From NCBI GenBank assembly GCA_964016885.1, contig OZ024743.1, positions 213,714,001 to 213,778,000 on the forward strand: a stretch of DNA of 64,000 nucleotides, written 5' to 3'. This DNA comes from Eledone cirrhosa. Its lineage: Eukaryota. Every line of letters starts with the position of its first letter. Position 1 is the first letter of the stretch. Below, piece by piece: positions 37,307 through 50,907 of the stretch. The position numbers and the translations under genes were made by a program. The notes beneath the pieces are model-generated. The model made no database searches and had not been told where the DNA came from. It saw only the letters and a program-made list of their open reading frames with translations.

Positions 37307-39748
37307 ATGGAAAAACAATATTTAGGAACCTCCTTAAAAAACATACCAATACCTTCTAAGGACGACTTCTTACTCCTTATGATTCAGAAAACTAATAATT
37401 TTATCAGAAGGGTTAGATGGAGAGCCTACCACTTTGATAGAAAATCTAAACAAGCAGATCGGAAATATATGTATGATTTCAACACTTACAAGAATCCACC
37501 ACACAACTTTTTACTTGAAGACTTCGAGAAAGACCTTTTTAATTTAATTAAACAACTCAAATTTAAAAAGTATAAATCCGTCTTTCAAAAGGACCTTGAT
37601 TCTACCCTATTGGACCTAAAAAAGTCTAAAAAAATCCATGTCCACTCGGACAAAACTGGTAACTTGTATCATATGGATATTGAACATTATAATGAGTTCA
37701 TATATAAAGAACTCAGAAAAAGTTATAAAAAATCTAATAATGCGTCACTCACCAACATCAACAACAAAACACACAACATAGTAAAAAAACTAAATATTGA
37801 AGATAGAACTGAACCTTTGGCATTGAGAAGTCCACAATTCAACCTGAAAGATCACAAATCTAACTTTAACTCTAATCCTTCTATTAGACTTATATGTCCT
37901 TCCAAATCAGATATTGGAATAATTAGCAAAAAAATTTTAGATAGAGTCATCCCACAAATAAGAAAATACGTTATTTTACCACTCTGGGAAAACACCTCCC
38001 AGGTAATTAATTGGTTTAAAAATATTAGGTGTAAATCTTCTGCTTCTTTCCTACAGTTCGATATAGATAACTATTATTCTTCTATATCACCCATACTCCT
38101 GAACAAAGCATTAATATTTGCTAAAAATAGATCTAATTTAACTTCGGATGACATTAACATTATTACACATGCTAGACAAACACTTATTGAATTTCAGAAT
38201 GAATACTGGACCAGAAACACTTATAGTAATCTTTTTGATATTACTATGGGTTCAAGCGATTCTGCCCAAATTACTGATCTTGTGGGCCTCTTTCTCCTTT
38301 TCAACATAAATGCCTCTTTTCCCCACCTCAAAGGTGGTTTATATCGTGATGACTGTCTTCTTCTTTCTAACAACCTTAGCCTTTCAGAAATTGAAAAAAA
38401 CAAAAAGCATATTAGAACTTTCCTTAAGGACTATTATAATCTTAATATTACTTTTGAAAAAACAAGTAAAGTAGTAAATTTCCTAGATATAACTTTAGAT
38501 TTAGCTACGGGTATATACCAACCTTACCATAAACCTAACCAAAACTTACATTACATACACTCACAATCTAATCACCCTAAATCTATCCTTAAAAACCTTG
38601 CATATAATATATCACTTAGAATTTCTAACCTTTCTTCTAACCAAGATGTATTTGATAAAAATGCGACCTTTTATAATGAAGCTCTAGATAGAAGTGGCCA
38701 CAAAAATAGATTAGAGTATATAACTTCTACTAAAAATACTGAAAACATACAGCATAATATTACCAACAAACACCAAATGAAAGGTACACACCTAAATGCC
38801 ACCCACAGTATACCCCAAAATACTAAATCTTCTAATATAAAGTATAGTAACCCTCAAAAAACTACTCATCATAAGACTATAATAAATATTAATAATAAAA
38901 CTCCTAATAAAAAAGATAAAACACCTAAATCTACAAATATAACTAAAAATAGTTGTGGTGAGATCATTAACATTATTCCTCCTAGTAAAAATCATGATAC
39001 AACATATAAAAATAATAAAAATAATAAACAACATAGAAACCGTAATAGACGAGTTACTTGGTATAATGCTCCTTTTAATTTACAAGTTAAGGATAATATT
39101 GCTAAAAAATTTTTTTATATCCTTGAGAAAAACTTCCCGCCAAACCACAAATACCATCAAATCTTAAATAGGTCTACAGTTAAATTCTCATATTCTACAA
39201 CAAATAACATAAAACAAAATATAAGTGCATATAATGCATATAAATGTAAGAAAACTATAAGTATACCACCAGTACATCAAATTAACAATAATATCTCCTC
39301 AAATACAGAATTAACGAAAGGATGTAACTGTAGAAACAAAACAAACTGCCCATTAAAAGGGAATTGTCTTGTTAACAACATAGTCTATAAATGTAATGTT
39401 AAAACTAAAGATTCTATTTGCTCATATATAGGAGCTACCTCTAACAATTTTAAGACAAGGTATAATACCCACAAACATAGCTTTAAAAATGCCGCACTGG
39501 CTAATACAACATCTCTAGCAGAAAAAATCAATAGTTATAAAAATAAAAATATAAAATATGATTTGACCTGGAGTGTGCTCAAAAGAGCCACCCCTTATCA
39601 AAATAATAGAAAGGAATGTAGATTATGTTCCCAAGAACTATTTGAAATAATGAAGTCTAGGGATATCTTATTAAATAAAAGACAGGAATTAATTATATCG
39701 TGTAATCATAAACTAAAAAAAACATTTAAATATTATAAACCTAATTAA
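37307..39748 (+). CDS. Intact PLE RT + GIY-YIG, copy 2
   Basis: Matches copy 1 except one noticed substitution (31599 C vs 37787 A; Q vs K). Confidence 0.97.
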   Translation: MEKQYLGTSLKNIPIPSKDDFLLLMIQKTNNFIRRVRWRAYHFDRKSKQADRKYMYDFNTYKNPPHNFLLEDFEKDLFNLIKQLKFKKYKSVFQKDLDSTLLDLKKSKKIHVHSDKTGNLYHMDIEHYNEFIYKELRKSYKKSNNASLTNINNKTHNIVKKLNIEDRTEPLALRSPQFNLKDHKSNFNSNPSIRLICPSKSDIGIISKKILDRVIPQIRKYVILPLWENTSQVINWFKNIRCKSSASFLQFDIDNYYSSISPILLNKALIFAKNRSNLTSDDINIITHARQTLIEFQNEYWTRNTYSNLFDITMGSSDSAQITDLVGLFLLFNINASFPHLKGGLYRDDCLLLSNNLSLSEIEKNKKHIRTFLKDYYNLNITFEKTSKVVNFLDITLDLATGIYQPYHKPNQNLHYIHSQSNHPKSILKNLAYNISLRISNLSSNQDVFDKNATFYNEALDRSGHKNRLEYITSTKNTENIQHNITNKHQMKGTHLNATHSIPQNTKSSNIKYSNPQKTTHHKTIININNKTPNKKDKTPKSTNITKNSCGEIINIIPPSKNHDTTYKNNKNNKQHRNRNRRVTWYNAPFNLQVKDNIAKKFFYILEKNFPPNHKYHQILNRSTVKFSYSTTNNIKQNISAYNAYKCKKTISIPPVHQINNNISSNTELTKGCNCRNKTNCPLKGNCLVNNIVYKCNVKTKDSICSYIGATSNNFKTRYNTHKHSFKNAALANTTSLAEKINSYKNKNIKYDLTWSVLKRATPYQNNRKECRLCSQELFEIMKSRDILLNKRQELIISCNHKLKKTFKYYKPN

Positions 39749-41448
39749 TAACATTATTCTAGAATTTAATTTAATTTAAATGTTAGTTAACCTATAAATT
39801 TAATTTAATTAATATTTTATTACAGATGAGAAAATATTATGTAATCATTAATTTTGAAAAACCTTTAAATATTACTAATATATATTCAGTAATTTAATTT
39901 ATAGATTAATTTTAACTTATTTTAACCTTTTATTATAATTTTTTAATTTAGTTTAACCTTTTATTATAAAATTTTTTTTATTATAATTCTTTTACAGATA
40001 AAATATAACAAAATAATATCATGTATCCTATGACGGAGAAAGAATTTTTAGTATTATTGACCTAATTAATATACATTTTGGAAATATATTTATTATTTGG
40101 TTTTAGCTTTAATCAACCTAAAACTTTAATTTTAATTTTAATTTGCTTAAAATTAGTATCCTTGTACAGACGAATTGCAGAATTTCATGTAATCATAGAA
40201 TGGGAGGTGTTTTTGGATATATACCTAGTTAATATATTCTGTGCAAATTTTTTGAAAAAGATATGTATATCTATATGTATGTGTATATGTGTGTATTGTA
40301 TGTGTATCTGTATGTATATTTATGTGACTATATATGTATGTATGTGTGTATATATATGTATATATATATATATATATATGTGTATGTATATGTATACGTA
40401 TGTGTATGTGTATGTATATGTATGTGTATGCGTATTAATTTTGATTTTTATTTGCATATAATTATATTATGCTATTGATGAAATACAATATCTGCTTTAT
40501 GTATTGTATACCTAATTAACATATACTAATTAACATATACTATTGAAATAAATATATAATTTTTAACTTAGTTAACATATAATTTATATGCTACTACCGA
40601 TGTAATAATTTATTTTATTTTTATTTGGGTTTCTTTTCCCTATTATTAACTTTAATTTAGTTATAATGTAATTAATAATCTACTACTGTTTGACTTCATA
40701 ATTCTGCTTCAGATATTATAAACCTAACTAATTTTACACCTTGGAAATCAATATGTTGACTATCTTTGGTTTAGTTGACATATGATTAATGGTATACTTT
40801 TTTACTTTTTTATTTTGTGATGCATAGATTTCGTATTTCCTAACATTGAAAATATGTAAGAACATACATTGAATTAAGATATGGAAAATATTATAGGTTT
40901 CTTGAAACATATATTTACTTTGATCCCCTTCTCCAAACCCCCCCCTTTCCCCCATACTATTATCATCTGTTTTTGTAAGTGTATATGTATGAATATATGG
41001 GTAGATGGGTGTCTATATAGTTTTTTTGGTATTTATTTCTAGATATAAAAATACATATATGAGCATGTAAATATGAATGTAAGATTGAGTGTGTATATAT
41101 GATTGTACATACATATGTATGTATATGTATGTATATATATGTATTATATATGTACGTGTATGTGAATGTGTGGTATATATATGTGTAGGTATATGTATAT
41201 ATGTGTGTGTATGTGTATGCTTGTATATAGGAATATATATGTGTGTATATATGTATATATGTATATGCGTGTTTGCATGTATGTGTATATGGGTTCTGTA
41301 TATATTTGTATGTCTCTCTATTTATATGTTTATCTTTGTATCTATGTGATATATGTGTGTGTGTGTGCATGTATGCATATGTATGTGTTTGTGTGTGTTT
41401 GTATGTGTGTGTGTATATATATATGTGTGTATTTGCGCACACTCACAT

Positions 41449-41483
<35 letters not shown>

Positions 41484-41570
41484 GGTGTGTATGTGTGTCT
41501 GTATGTGTGTGCGTGTGTATATATGTGTATATATATATATATGTGTATGTATGTGTATGTGTGTGTATAT

Positions 41571-41614
<44 letters not shown>

Positions 41615-41753
41615 ATATAGGTGTCTATGTGTGAATATATGTCTTTATTCGTATGTGTGTATTTATATATGTTTATATTTAGGTGTATGTATGTATGTGT
41701 ATGTATGTATGTATATGTATGTGTATGTATGTATATTTGTATATGTGTGTATA

Positions 41754-41790
<37 letters not shown>

Positions 41791-41882
41791 CTTTATTATT
41801 ATTGTAATATAACTTATGTGTATATGTGTATAAGTGAGGTTTTGTATGTATATATACTATGTGTATATATAAGGGTAATGAA

Positions 41883-41921
<39 letters not shown>

Positions 41922-42017
41922 CATGTCTGTATTTTACGTGTGTGTGTATATATATGTATATATGTGTATGTGTGTATATATGTATGTATATATGCATATA
42001 TGTGTACGTGTGTGTAT

Positions 42018-42068
<51 letters not shown>

Positions 42069-42179
42069 TGGATGTTCGTATGTGTTTTCATGGTGGTATG
42101 AGTGTGGGATATATATGTTTATGTATAAGTATATGTATGTGTATGTATATATATATGAGTCTATGTGTGTGTGTGTATA

Positions 42180-42228
<49 letters not shown>

Positions 42229-43336
42229 ATGTGTTGCGCGTGTGTGTGTCCGTATTTTTATCTTTTTATATGTGTATGTGTATGTTCGTGTAAATGTATG
42301 TGTGTGTATGACAGTATAGGTATGTGTGTATGTATGTATGTGTAGATATCTCTATGTGCGCGTACATGTATGTATGTGTATGTATATCTGTATGCGTATG
42401 TACATTATATTATATGTAATATATTTTATTGTTTTTATTTTTTTATTTTTTATTTTTCATAATTTATAGATACATTTATATTAGGCTGTCTGGTCTGACA
42501 ACCTAACACTGACCCCTCCCCCCCCCTCCCACCTAATTTCTGTATCTTGATCTTGAAATGTGTGTACCAGTGTGTTTATGTGAGTGACTTAATTTCTATT
42601 TGCTTATGATTTTATATCCACATATATAAATGTGAGTGGGGGGTGTGTGTGTGTTTGTGTGTTCGTGGTTATGTGTATATTTATATATATACGCACATGT
42701 ATGTGTGATTATACTGATATGTGTGAGTATGAAAAAAATATATTTATATGCTTGACTACATAAGTATCATTGTGTATATTATCAGCGCATTAAGCTTACA
42801 GAGATATTAACCTTGAAATTTTTTATTTGCATCCATCTTTTTAGTATGCACATACATATTATACACACATTATTGTAAAATGCGTGTAGGGTTTTACATG
42901 TATATACACACACCAAACTGCTTTTTAACCCTTTGTGTTTTCATTGGTCAATTTTGAACTGATATTTTGAATTGTTGTTATTATCAATAAATATACTTCA
43001 TTATTTCTGAAGACGGCGTATATATGAGTTAGGTATGTATATTTAATCTTGATAATTTGTATAATTTTGTATAATTTTGTACATAGATCTGTTAAATATG
43101 CATACCAATTATAGCACATATATACCCTAGAAACGATCGTTAAATAGTGAACTTTTTTTGTTTAATATAAGGAATTGTTTGTTCATTATTTATTTAATAT
43201 TTTATCTTCACTCTGTATACCGTTTATCTTTCACCGAAATTGGATTTTCATTACATCTCTTCTTTCCATGATATCCGGAATACATTGAGTTCTTCATACG
43301 GATTGGACACTACCGTAAACTCTTGGTAGATTTATC

Positions 43337-43433
<97 letters not shown>

Positions 43434-44441
43434 GGTAATGTTTTTATCTTCCGTCTAGAAGTACCATTGACAATATCAACAAAATATGAATCCCAAATGT
43501 AGTCCGAAGATAGATAAATGCTCAACTACAATTAACTATCGCAATTTAGTGGGCGTATTTTTTAAAATGTTTAAAGAAATGGTGGAAGAATATATTTATT
43601 AACAGAAAATATTTATTAAGCAGAAACACACACATACACACAATCATATATACATATATGACAGGATAGAACCAGTTTAAAACTTTGTTAGACCTATATT
43701 CAACAGAGTACTCGATACTTGGGATAGTAAAGTATGGCTTTATCATAAAGAGTCGGGGCCCGATGGCTTAGCTTTTCCCGTTTTAAAAGCTAATTCCAGA
43801 TTGTTAGCCAAAAGGGTTTGGTTAATGGTTGACTAGCCATACTACCAGGTGCGTGGCGTGTCCATATAATGGTATGAACTCTCCATCAAATTGTTCATTT
43901 TTATACAGGCTATCGCAGAAAAGATATAGATTGCATTATCTATCTAAATATACACATATATACATTTTTTAGGGAGTGGTTTTGTGTGTGGTTGTGTAGC
44001 TGTGCAAGTGTGTATATATTGGTGTGTGTGTATGTACGAATCCGTGTGTATCTGCATGTTTACTTATTATGTGGGGACGGGTGAGATGGAAGAATTGAAA
44101 AGAGGAAGTACAATTATATTTATCGAAGATTTATGGGTGTGTGTGTATGTATGTCGAACGGCGAGCATGTTTTTCCCAATTTGCAGACAACGGAGCCAAA
44201 TAATTGATACCACGACGAGAGGACTTAGTTTACTAATCAAAGGCATGCCCGGTCACCCATTGACAAATTAAATATATCTGTCAAGAAAAGAACCTGTTTT
44301 TTAGTTACACACACACACACTTATACGCACACAGACAAACAAAGATACACACATACAGCTCTTGGTGTTTCAACAGCGAGTTCCACACTAGTATCAAGTA
44401 CTCTGTTGAGTAATTCTATAACCAGCTTCAAACACAATCCT

Positions 44442-44477
<36 letters not shown>

Positions 44478-44478
<1 letters not shown>

Positions 44479-44640
44479 TAAAATAACAGATTAAAGTTTA
44501 AGCAAAGAATCGCTGCTTTCACCCTTAGCAGGGTCTTCTGAAACAGCTGTAAACATTTTCTGAAACTGTTCAGAAGATCCCGTTAAGGGTGAAAGCAGCG
44601 GTTCTTTGCTGACAACTTTAATCTGCTATTTTAATAACTA
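44478..44640. repeat. Fold-back of the family C 3' terminus
   Basis: cagaagatcccgttaagggtgaaagcagcg (also at 24794) with an inverted partner at ~44510-44545. Confidence 0.8.
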
Positions 44641-44732
44641 TTTGCTCTACGGTTCTTATATATTTGATATATATTTATCCTTATCTTTGGATTTTAGTCT
44701 TCAAATTTATTATTATTACTATATATATATAT

Positions 44733-45665
44733 AGTTGTGTATAATGGTAGCTATCGTGCTTCCATAGGCGGTATGCCAAAATAAGCACTCAATATTCAGC
44801 AGAGTAGAGTGTAGATTGTATAAAGAAAACGAAATATCAGTGATGCATCTGGACTTAATTTATTGCGTGTTACAGTTGTTTTACCGGCAGGTAGCTCGAG
44901 ACATGTTCCCTCTATGGATCTGGCTGATTCTACGGCTGCGGGTTCTTTCAGACACGGGTAGTTCGTTCGGAGAAAATTTTATCACTGGGGTGTTATCATC
45001 GAGAAACACCCTCAAAAAAACCTCTTCCACTCTTGTCATGCCATTGGCTGTTTTTACTCCACGTCATCCAAAGTTCTGGTCAGTATTTACTGCTACACGG
45101 GTCATCAGCCATTTTCAGTCCGACACACTTCAATGGAGTCATGCTGGGTTCAGTATCTCACACGTCTCTTCACACTCCAAAGTAAGCTCCCACACATACG
45201 AATATACACACACATATACCCGCACATGCAGACACAGACACAGCGTGCATACACATACATACGCATACATGCGTAGACACACACACCCCTACACACATAC
45301 ATATATGTATATATACACACACACGCTCTCCCTCACTTCACAGACCCGGTCACACCCACTTCTATATACATATCACCACAAGCCTTATAACGGCTGCTTA
45401 AGTCGCGCCATATATCCGGTCGGACAAGCATGGCCTACGCAAACATAGACATACACACACACATACGCGCGCACACATACATACACACAATCTTATATTC
45501 ATGTATATATATACACACGTTTCCACACATACATATATAAACAAAACCGTAAATTAAAAATACATTATATAATAAAAAACACAATATACCATAAAATAAC
45601 AGTAAAATAACATAAAATATAAAATAAAAAGTATAAAATATCAATATAGTATACAATATAATATA

Positions 45666-45746
<81 letters not shown>

Positions 45747-45927
45747 GTACACACATTCTTACATACATATACGGATATATACAAAGGATATATGATAAAA
45801 TAATACAAAAAGAATAATAGTAATAAAATGCATATATACTCCATATATAATCATCCATACACATTCCTGTGAGATGTACATAAACATATATATGTATACA
45901 CAAATACACATACACACACACATATAT

Positions 45928-45959
<32 letters not shown>

Positions 45960-48540
45960 TCTGCCACATACGTACATACATGTACATGCCTGCACATACA
46001 CGCGCTCATAAGCTCATGCATATACGTACACATGCCCCTATACACACCCCCATACACACCCACTTATATATATCTACATACACACATACATACACCCGAA
46101 TATAAACACAATAGGATAATAAAATAAAATAAAATAAATAAATAATAAATAACATTACAATATTTTAGGTTACACTAAAATCTGTATGTAACTTCATAAA
46201 TAGGTACATGAAAAGAAGGGGTAAAATAAGAAACGGGGGGGGGGGAGAAGGTGCGTGTATCCATGTGATATACTACACACAGGTAGTATGAGGTGCAAAC
46301 GTGTGTCCCTATATAGAACAACAGTAACAGAACAATAACAGAACAATAGTTACAGTAATAATCAGTGTTCCAAAGTGGAACAGGTGGAGAGTATATAGTT
46401 ACGATTGACGGGGTACACATTCAAGGGGACGCCCGGTCTGGTCGCAATGGGGTATGCACCGTGCTGGGGTGTGCTGTTCTATATGTTTGGGGTATCGGAC
46501 TGGGCGGCAGTGGGCCCTGTGTTACCCGGTCCCAGCCCATGCGATGTATCTTCCAATGTTGTGTGCTCGGTTAGGTATGCCCCTGGTTTACATATGGTTG
46601 CTTCACGGGTCGCACACTGTCATCAGGGCATGGCGTCAGGTACCCAACCCCTTTGGGCCATTCGGGTCTGTGCGTACCCGTCCCCATGCCCCCGGCCTGC
46701 GCCACCCGGAGGATTCCATGCTGCAAATGTGCATCTTCTCTGGTGTCTGCAGGTCATGATTATTTCAGACTTCAGGTTGACGGCGTCATCTTTCAGTCTG
46801 AATATGTCCATGGCCTCGTGTAGGCATAATCGTCACTTCTCTACTTCCGGCCGAATATGCCCTCGCGTGGCGAACGATACTCCATTCAAGGGCGTACGGA
46901 GTGCCTTGGTCTTTCGGGTTCCACCAGGTCCGCTAACCTAGTGGAGTGCCTTTTGGTACGGTCCCTGAAGGAATTCGTGTGATTATACATCCGCGATTTA
47001 AAAGGTCGTGGATGTTGCGCCGATATAGTTGCGATGCGCGTTTTGGGTTGTAACCACACACTTGTATATTAGGTCATTGATCAGGCATTTTCCCTGTAGG
47101 GGTCACCGGGTGCCGGCTCTGCAGTTACGAGTTCTGTTGTCAGGTCCTATGCATCCGATGTCCGGGCCTCGATCTGCTACGGCCCTCTCAAGGTTCTCAG
47201 GGTGTTGTACCGCCGACACTGTTGTCTCCCCCATGCCTCTATTTCCCTCTCGGCGCTGGACCACATCACCCTCCGCGGGCGCTCTGGTCGCTTCGGGAGC
47301 CGGGTTGTCATTTGAGCGCAGGTCCCTGGGTGGTTCTCCGCGCTCCGAAAGACAGTCACTCTGTCGCCGCGGTTGACGGCCAGTGTGCGCCATCTTCATC
47401 GCGTTAGTTTTAGCCATGTAGTCGGCCATATTAGGTGCCGTGGAGTAGGAAAACTTCACCGTGTGTCGGTTGAAGATTTTGTGGTACTTGTTCGTCGGCG
47501 GAAAGCACTCATGCAACACTCGGAAAAAAGTCCTGGCACGTCGGTGCGTATATGTTTGGAGTAAGGCTCATTAAACCAAGTAACGGCCTTAGATCTGTTC
47601 CTTCGCGTGCGTGGATCCTTGTTGGTGTCTCCAGGACTCGGTGTCCGTCCCGTGCTCGGCCCAACCACAATTACATCCCGTGTGTTGTCTCTGTCTATTT
47701 TCCCGCTATGGGCGTCGGGGTTATGCTCTACAGTTATTAAGTTACGTCGTTCTATGTGGTCAGCTATACGTCTATTCCCCTTAGGTCTATGTGATGCTGC
47801 TGTCGGTGCTGTACCACTACAACCAGGCTGGGCGTGCTCCCTGGCGTCTTCCCCGTTTGTATTTGTCGATGTCCTGTCCCTGGTCCCAGTTGCCGCGGAG
47901 CATGCAGTGTGCGTGCCAGGCCCATGCCCCCGCGTACTGGGTGGTCTGGCTCCTATGGCTGCCTTTGTCCTACCTCCTGTCGGTACTGTGTTGCTATTTG
48001 TATTCCTGAATACTGCTACTGGGTCATTTCTTCTACTTACGGAGGCGCCCCCGCTATAGGAATTTCTGCACGCCTTATCACTTGGCTCTACTCTGTCCGG
48101 GGTATATAGTATGGTGTCTTTGTAACCGGCCCTGCGCAGTGCCTCATTATAATATTTGGCGTGCTGTTTAAAGACTTCTGTGTTCGACGACAGGGTGGAT
48201 ACGCGTTTGGATACCCCTTTAACTATGGCTTCCATGACTGACTTAGGGTGATTCGATTGCCTGTTCACATATTGCAGGTTTTCGTTGGGCTTATGGTATG
48301 TCTGTGGAATCCCGTATTCATTTCCAAGGTAACGTCCAGGAAATTGACCGTCTTAGTGCTAGGATATATTGCCACGGATAAGCCGTGTTGTTTAAAAAAA
48401 TGCGATATGCGCTTCCTCATACGCTCCATCTGACTGGGGTTAAGGGAACGGAAGGTGAAAAGTGCGTCGTCTCTGTATATTCCACCTCCGATACTCGGGA
48501 TCTTCTCCGTCAGCCTATGGATGAGATATATCCCCACAAG
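44733..48540 (-). mobile_element. Decayed GC-rich Naiad-type PLE, family F (left arm)
   Basis: GGGIYRDD, VNFLDVTL, SNHPKS, WFNEPY, NCRAGTR*PLQGKC, YIGATSTTF, K*RLC, CRH; frameshifted. Confidence 0.9.
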
Positions 48541-48544
48541 GATA

Positions 48545-49023
<479 letters not shown>

Positions 49024-49193
49024 GATAGATATATATATATGCTTATCTTTACTACAGAAGATATTTATAGATTCCTAGACGAGACCTTATACACAGGCGT
49101 GGGCATAGAAAGTTACCTCCATTTCATTTTCTCATACTATTGACCACCGCTGAAATTTTGAAATGTTTAAGTTGTATATATTTTCAGCAGTTT

Positions 49194-49239
<46 letters not shown>

Positions 49240-50689
49240 CACACACAATACATACATGTGCATTTGTGTGTTTGTATATGCCCGATGCTGCTTCCTACGT
49301 TTGTGATGGGACATGTCTCGTTATTATTATTTGTTTGTAAATATCAAGAGATTTATCTTCTTAATTAAATGTCGGAATTCTTTGAGATTTCTATTCAACT
49401 GCTGTAATTTTGCCATAGTCGTGTAACGTTTGTTTGATGCATTGAATCTTCATTCTTTGATAAAGACCTCCAGAACAGCTATAAATATTTTCTATAAATA
49501 TAAGTCCATATGGATCACGTTGGAATTGTGTGAAATGTATCGTTCAGCTACTTATATTGTCATTACTTTGTAGAAATGATTATTTGTAGCTGGTGTTTCC
49601 GCTACAGATGCTGTTGTTCGTATTGTGTCATTGCTGTAATGGATTCTGTTTTATATGTCTTCCATTCAGTATTTTTTAACCAGAGAGTGCATTTCCATAA
49701 CGTTTGTTCACGACTATTCCTTGTGATATATCACTGCATTACGATACGCAATAGGATTATTGACAAATCTATTTTCACAAACTTTTCTAGCTTCGATGGA
49801 CATTATTCTATTCGTATTGTTATTGTTTAAAACCCCTAACGTGAATGACACGCCTTACTTCGGCTCCAAATATTTCAAAAGGTTGATCCTTTTCCCTTCT
49901 AAGATTTTATTTAAGTTTTAAACTTAATAAAACAGTAGATAAGTAAACTTGCTTGACGCAATTAGAGTGATCGTGTACCCGTTTTGTCATGGCATTGATC
50001 CTGCGATGGTGTCTCTCCACAATCCTATTTCCACTTGGCCTATACCCCACTCTGAAGAAGTGGTTCACGTTCCACTTGTCAAGCATTTCTGTCAGTGGCT
50101 TTTATCAAAATGCAATGAGAGTGTCTAGCAGCAACGCATCCACATGGCAACACAACCAGGAATATTTATTCCAGCATTCGTGCAATTTCAGCTGCAGTTC
50201 ACATCATTGTTTGCCTGTATATTGCCATTTGTCCCTTTTCACAGTCGACGATCGAGAGATATGTCACCTGCCATTAGTGCGTTACATCCACTGGAGACCG
50301 TTTCCAGTTGTGTTCCATTGACAGTTTTCCCGTCTCGTGCACAGAGCGAGTCGATGGGCTGACAACTATTGCAACTCCTGATCACATTCTGAACGTTCTT
50401 TCTAGTATCACCGGACTCATCTTTCCTGACTAAGAACAGAGTTCTATCCTCCCCCCATACAATACATAGTATGCAGTTTCTTTAGCCCCGAGTCACTCAA
50501 CCGGCACAATGCAGCTAACCTCCGCTCCGAATCCTTTGGCACTTCTAACCACGCTTTCTTCCCCCGAGTTAGAGCGTCCGCCTTATTCATTTCCGACGTT
50601 ACAAAAACAATGCCCAGCTTCCTCTCCCATCCAGTTCACGTTTTCTAGTTTTGCAAAGGCAACGTAGATAGTTATGTGAACGCTGCTTT

Positions 50690-50907
50690 AAACGCCGTTT
50701 AATCGTCTCCATGTCCAGTTGGTCTGCTTCGTCCATCTCGAGGTACAACACCAATGCATTTCTATCCAAGTACACTGCCATGACACCTGGCAGATCTTCG
50801 ATGCCTTCCAGCCTGGCTACCTCCTTGATCTTTCTAATCGATACGATTACATCAACTATGCCATAGAAGGATTTGATGGCATTGTAATACCTTTGGCAAG
50901 GTTCCAC
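50690..50907 (-). pseudogene. Possible Gypsy-type gag fragment
   Basis: EVARLEGIEDL..V.L...AL.LYLEMDE.DQ.D.ETIKRRLK resembles invertebrate LTR-retrotransposon gag N-termini. Confidence 0.45.

Larger units (their letters stand above)
28829..43340 (+). mobile_element. Young composite Naiad-type PLE insertion, family E: inverted 3' arm (28829-30930), two 6188-bp units (30933-37120, 37121-43308) and 32 bp of a third
   Basis: actaccgtaaactcttggtag at 30933, 37121 and 43309; all ORF-track entries repeat with offset 6188; (TA)n on both flanks. Confidence 0.97.

Noticed and set aside
44816-45448. 210-aa ORF and the similar N-terminus of ORF 48265-48891
   Set aside because: Antisense reading of the family F 3' UTR; the second is a chimera across the inversion junction
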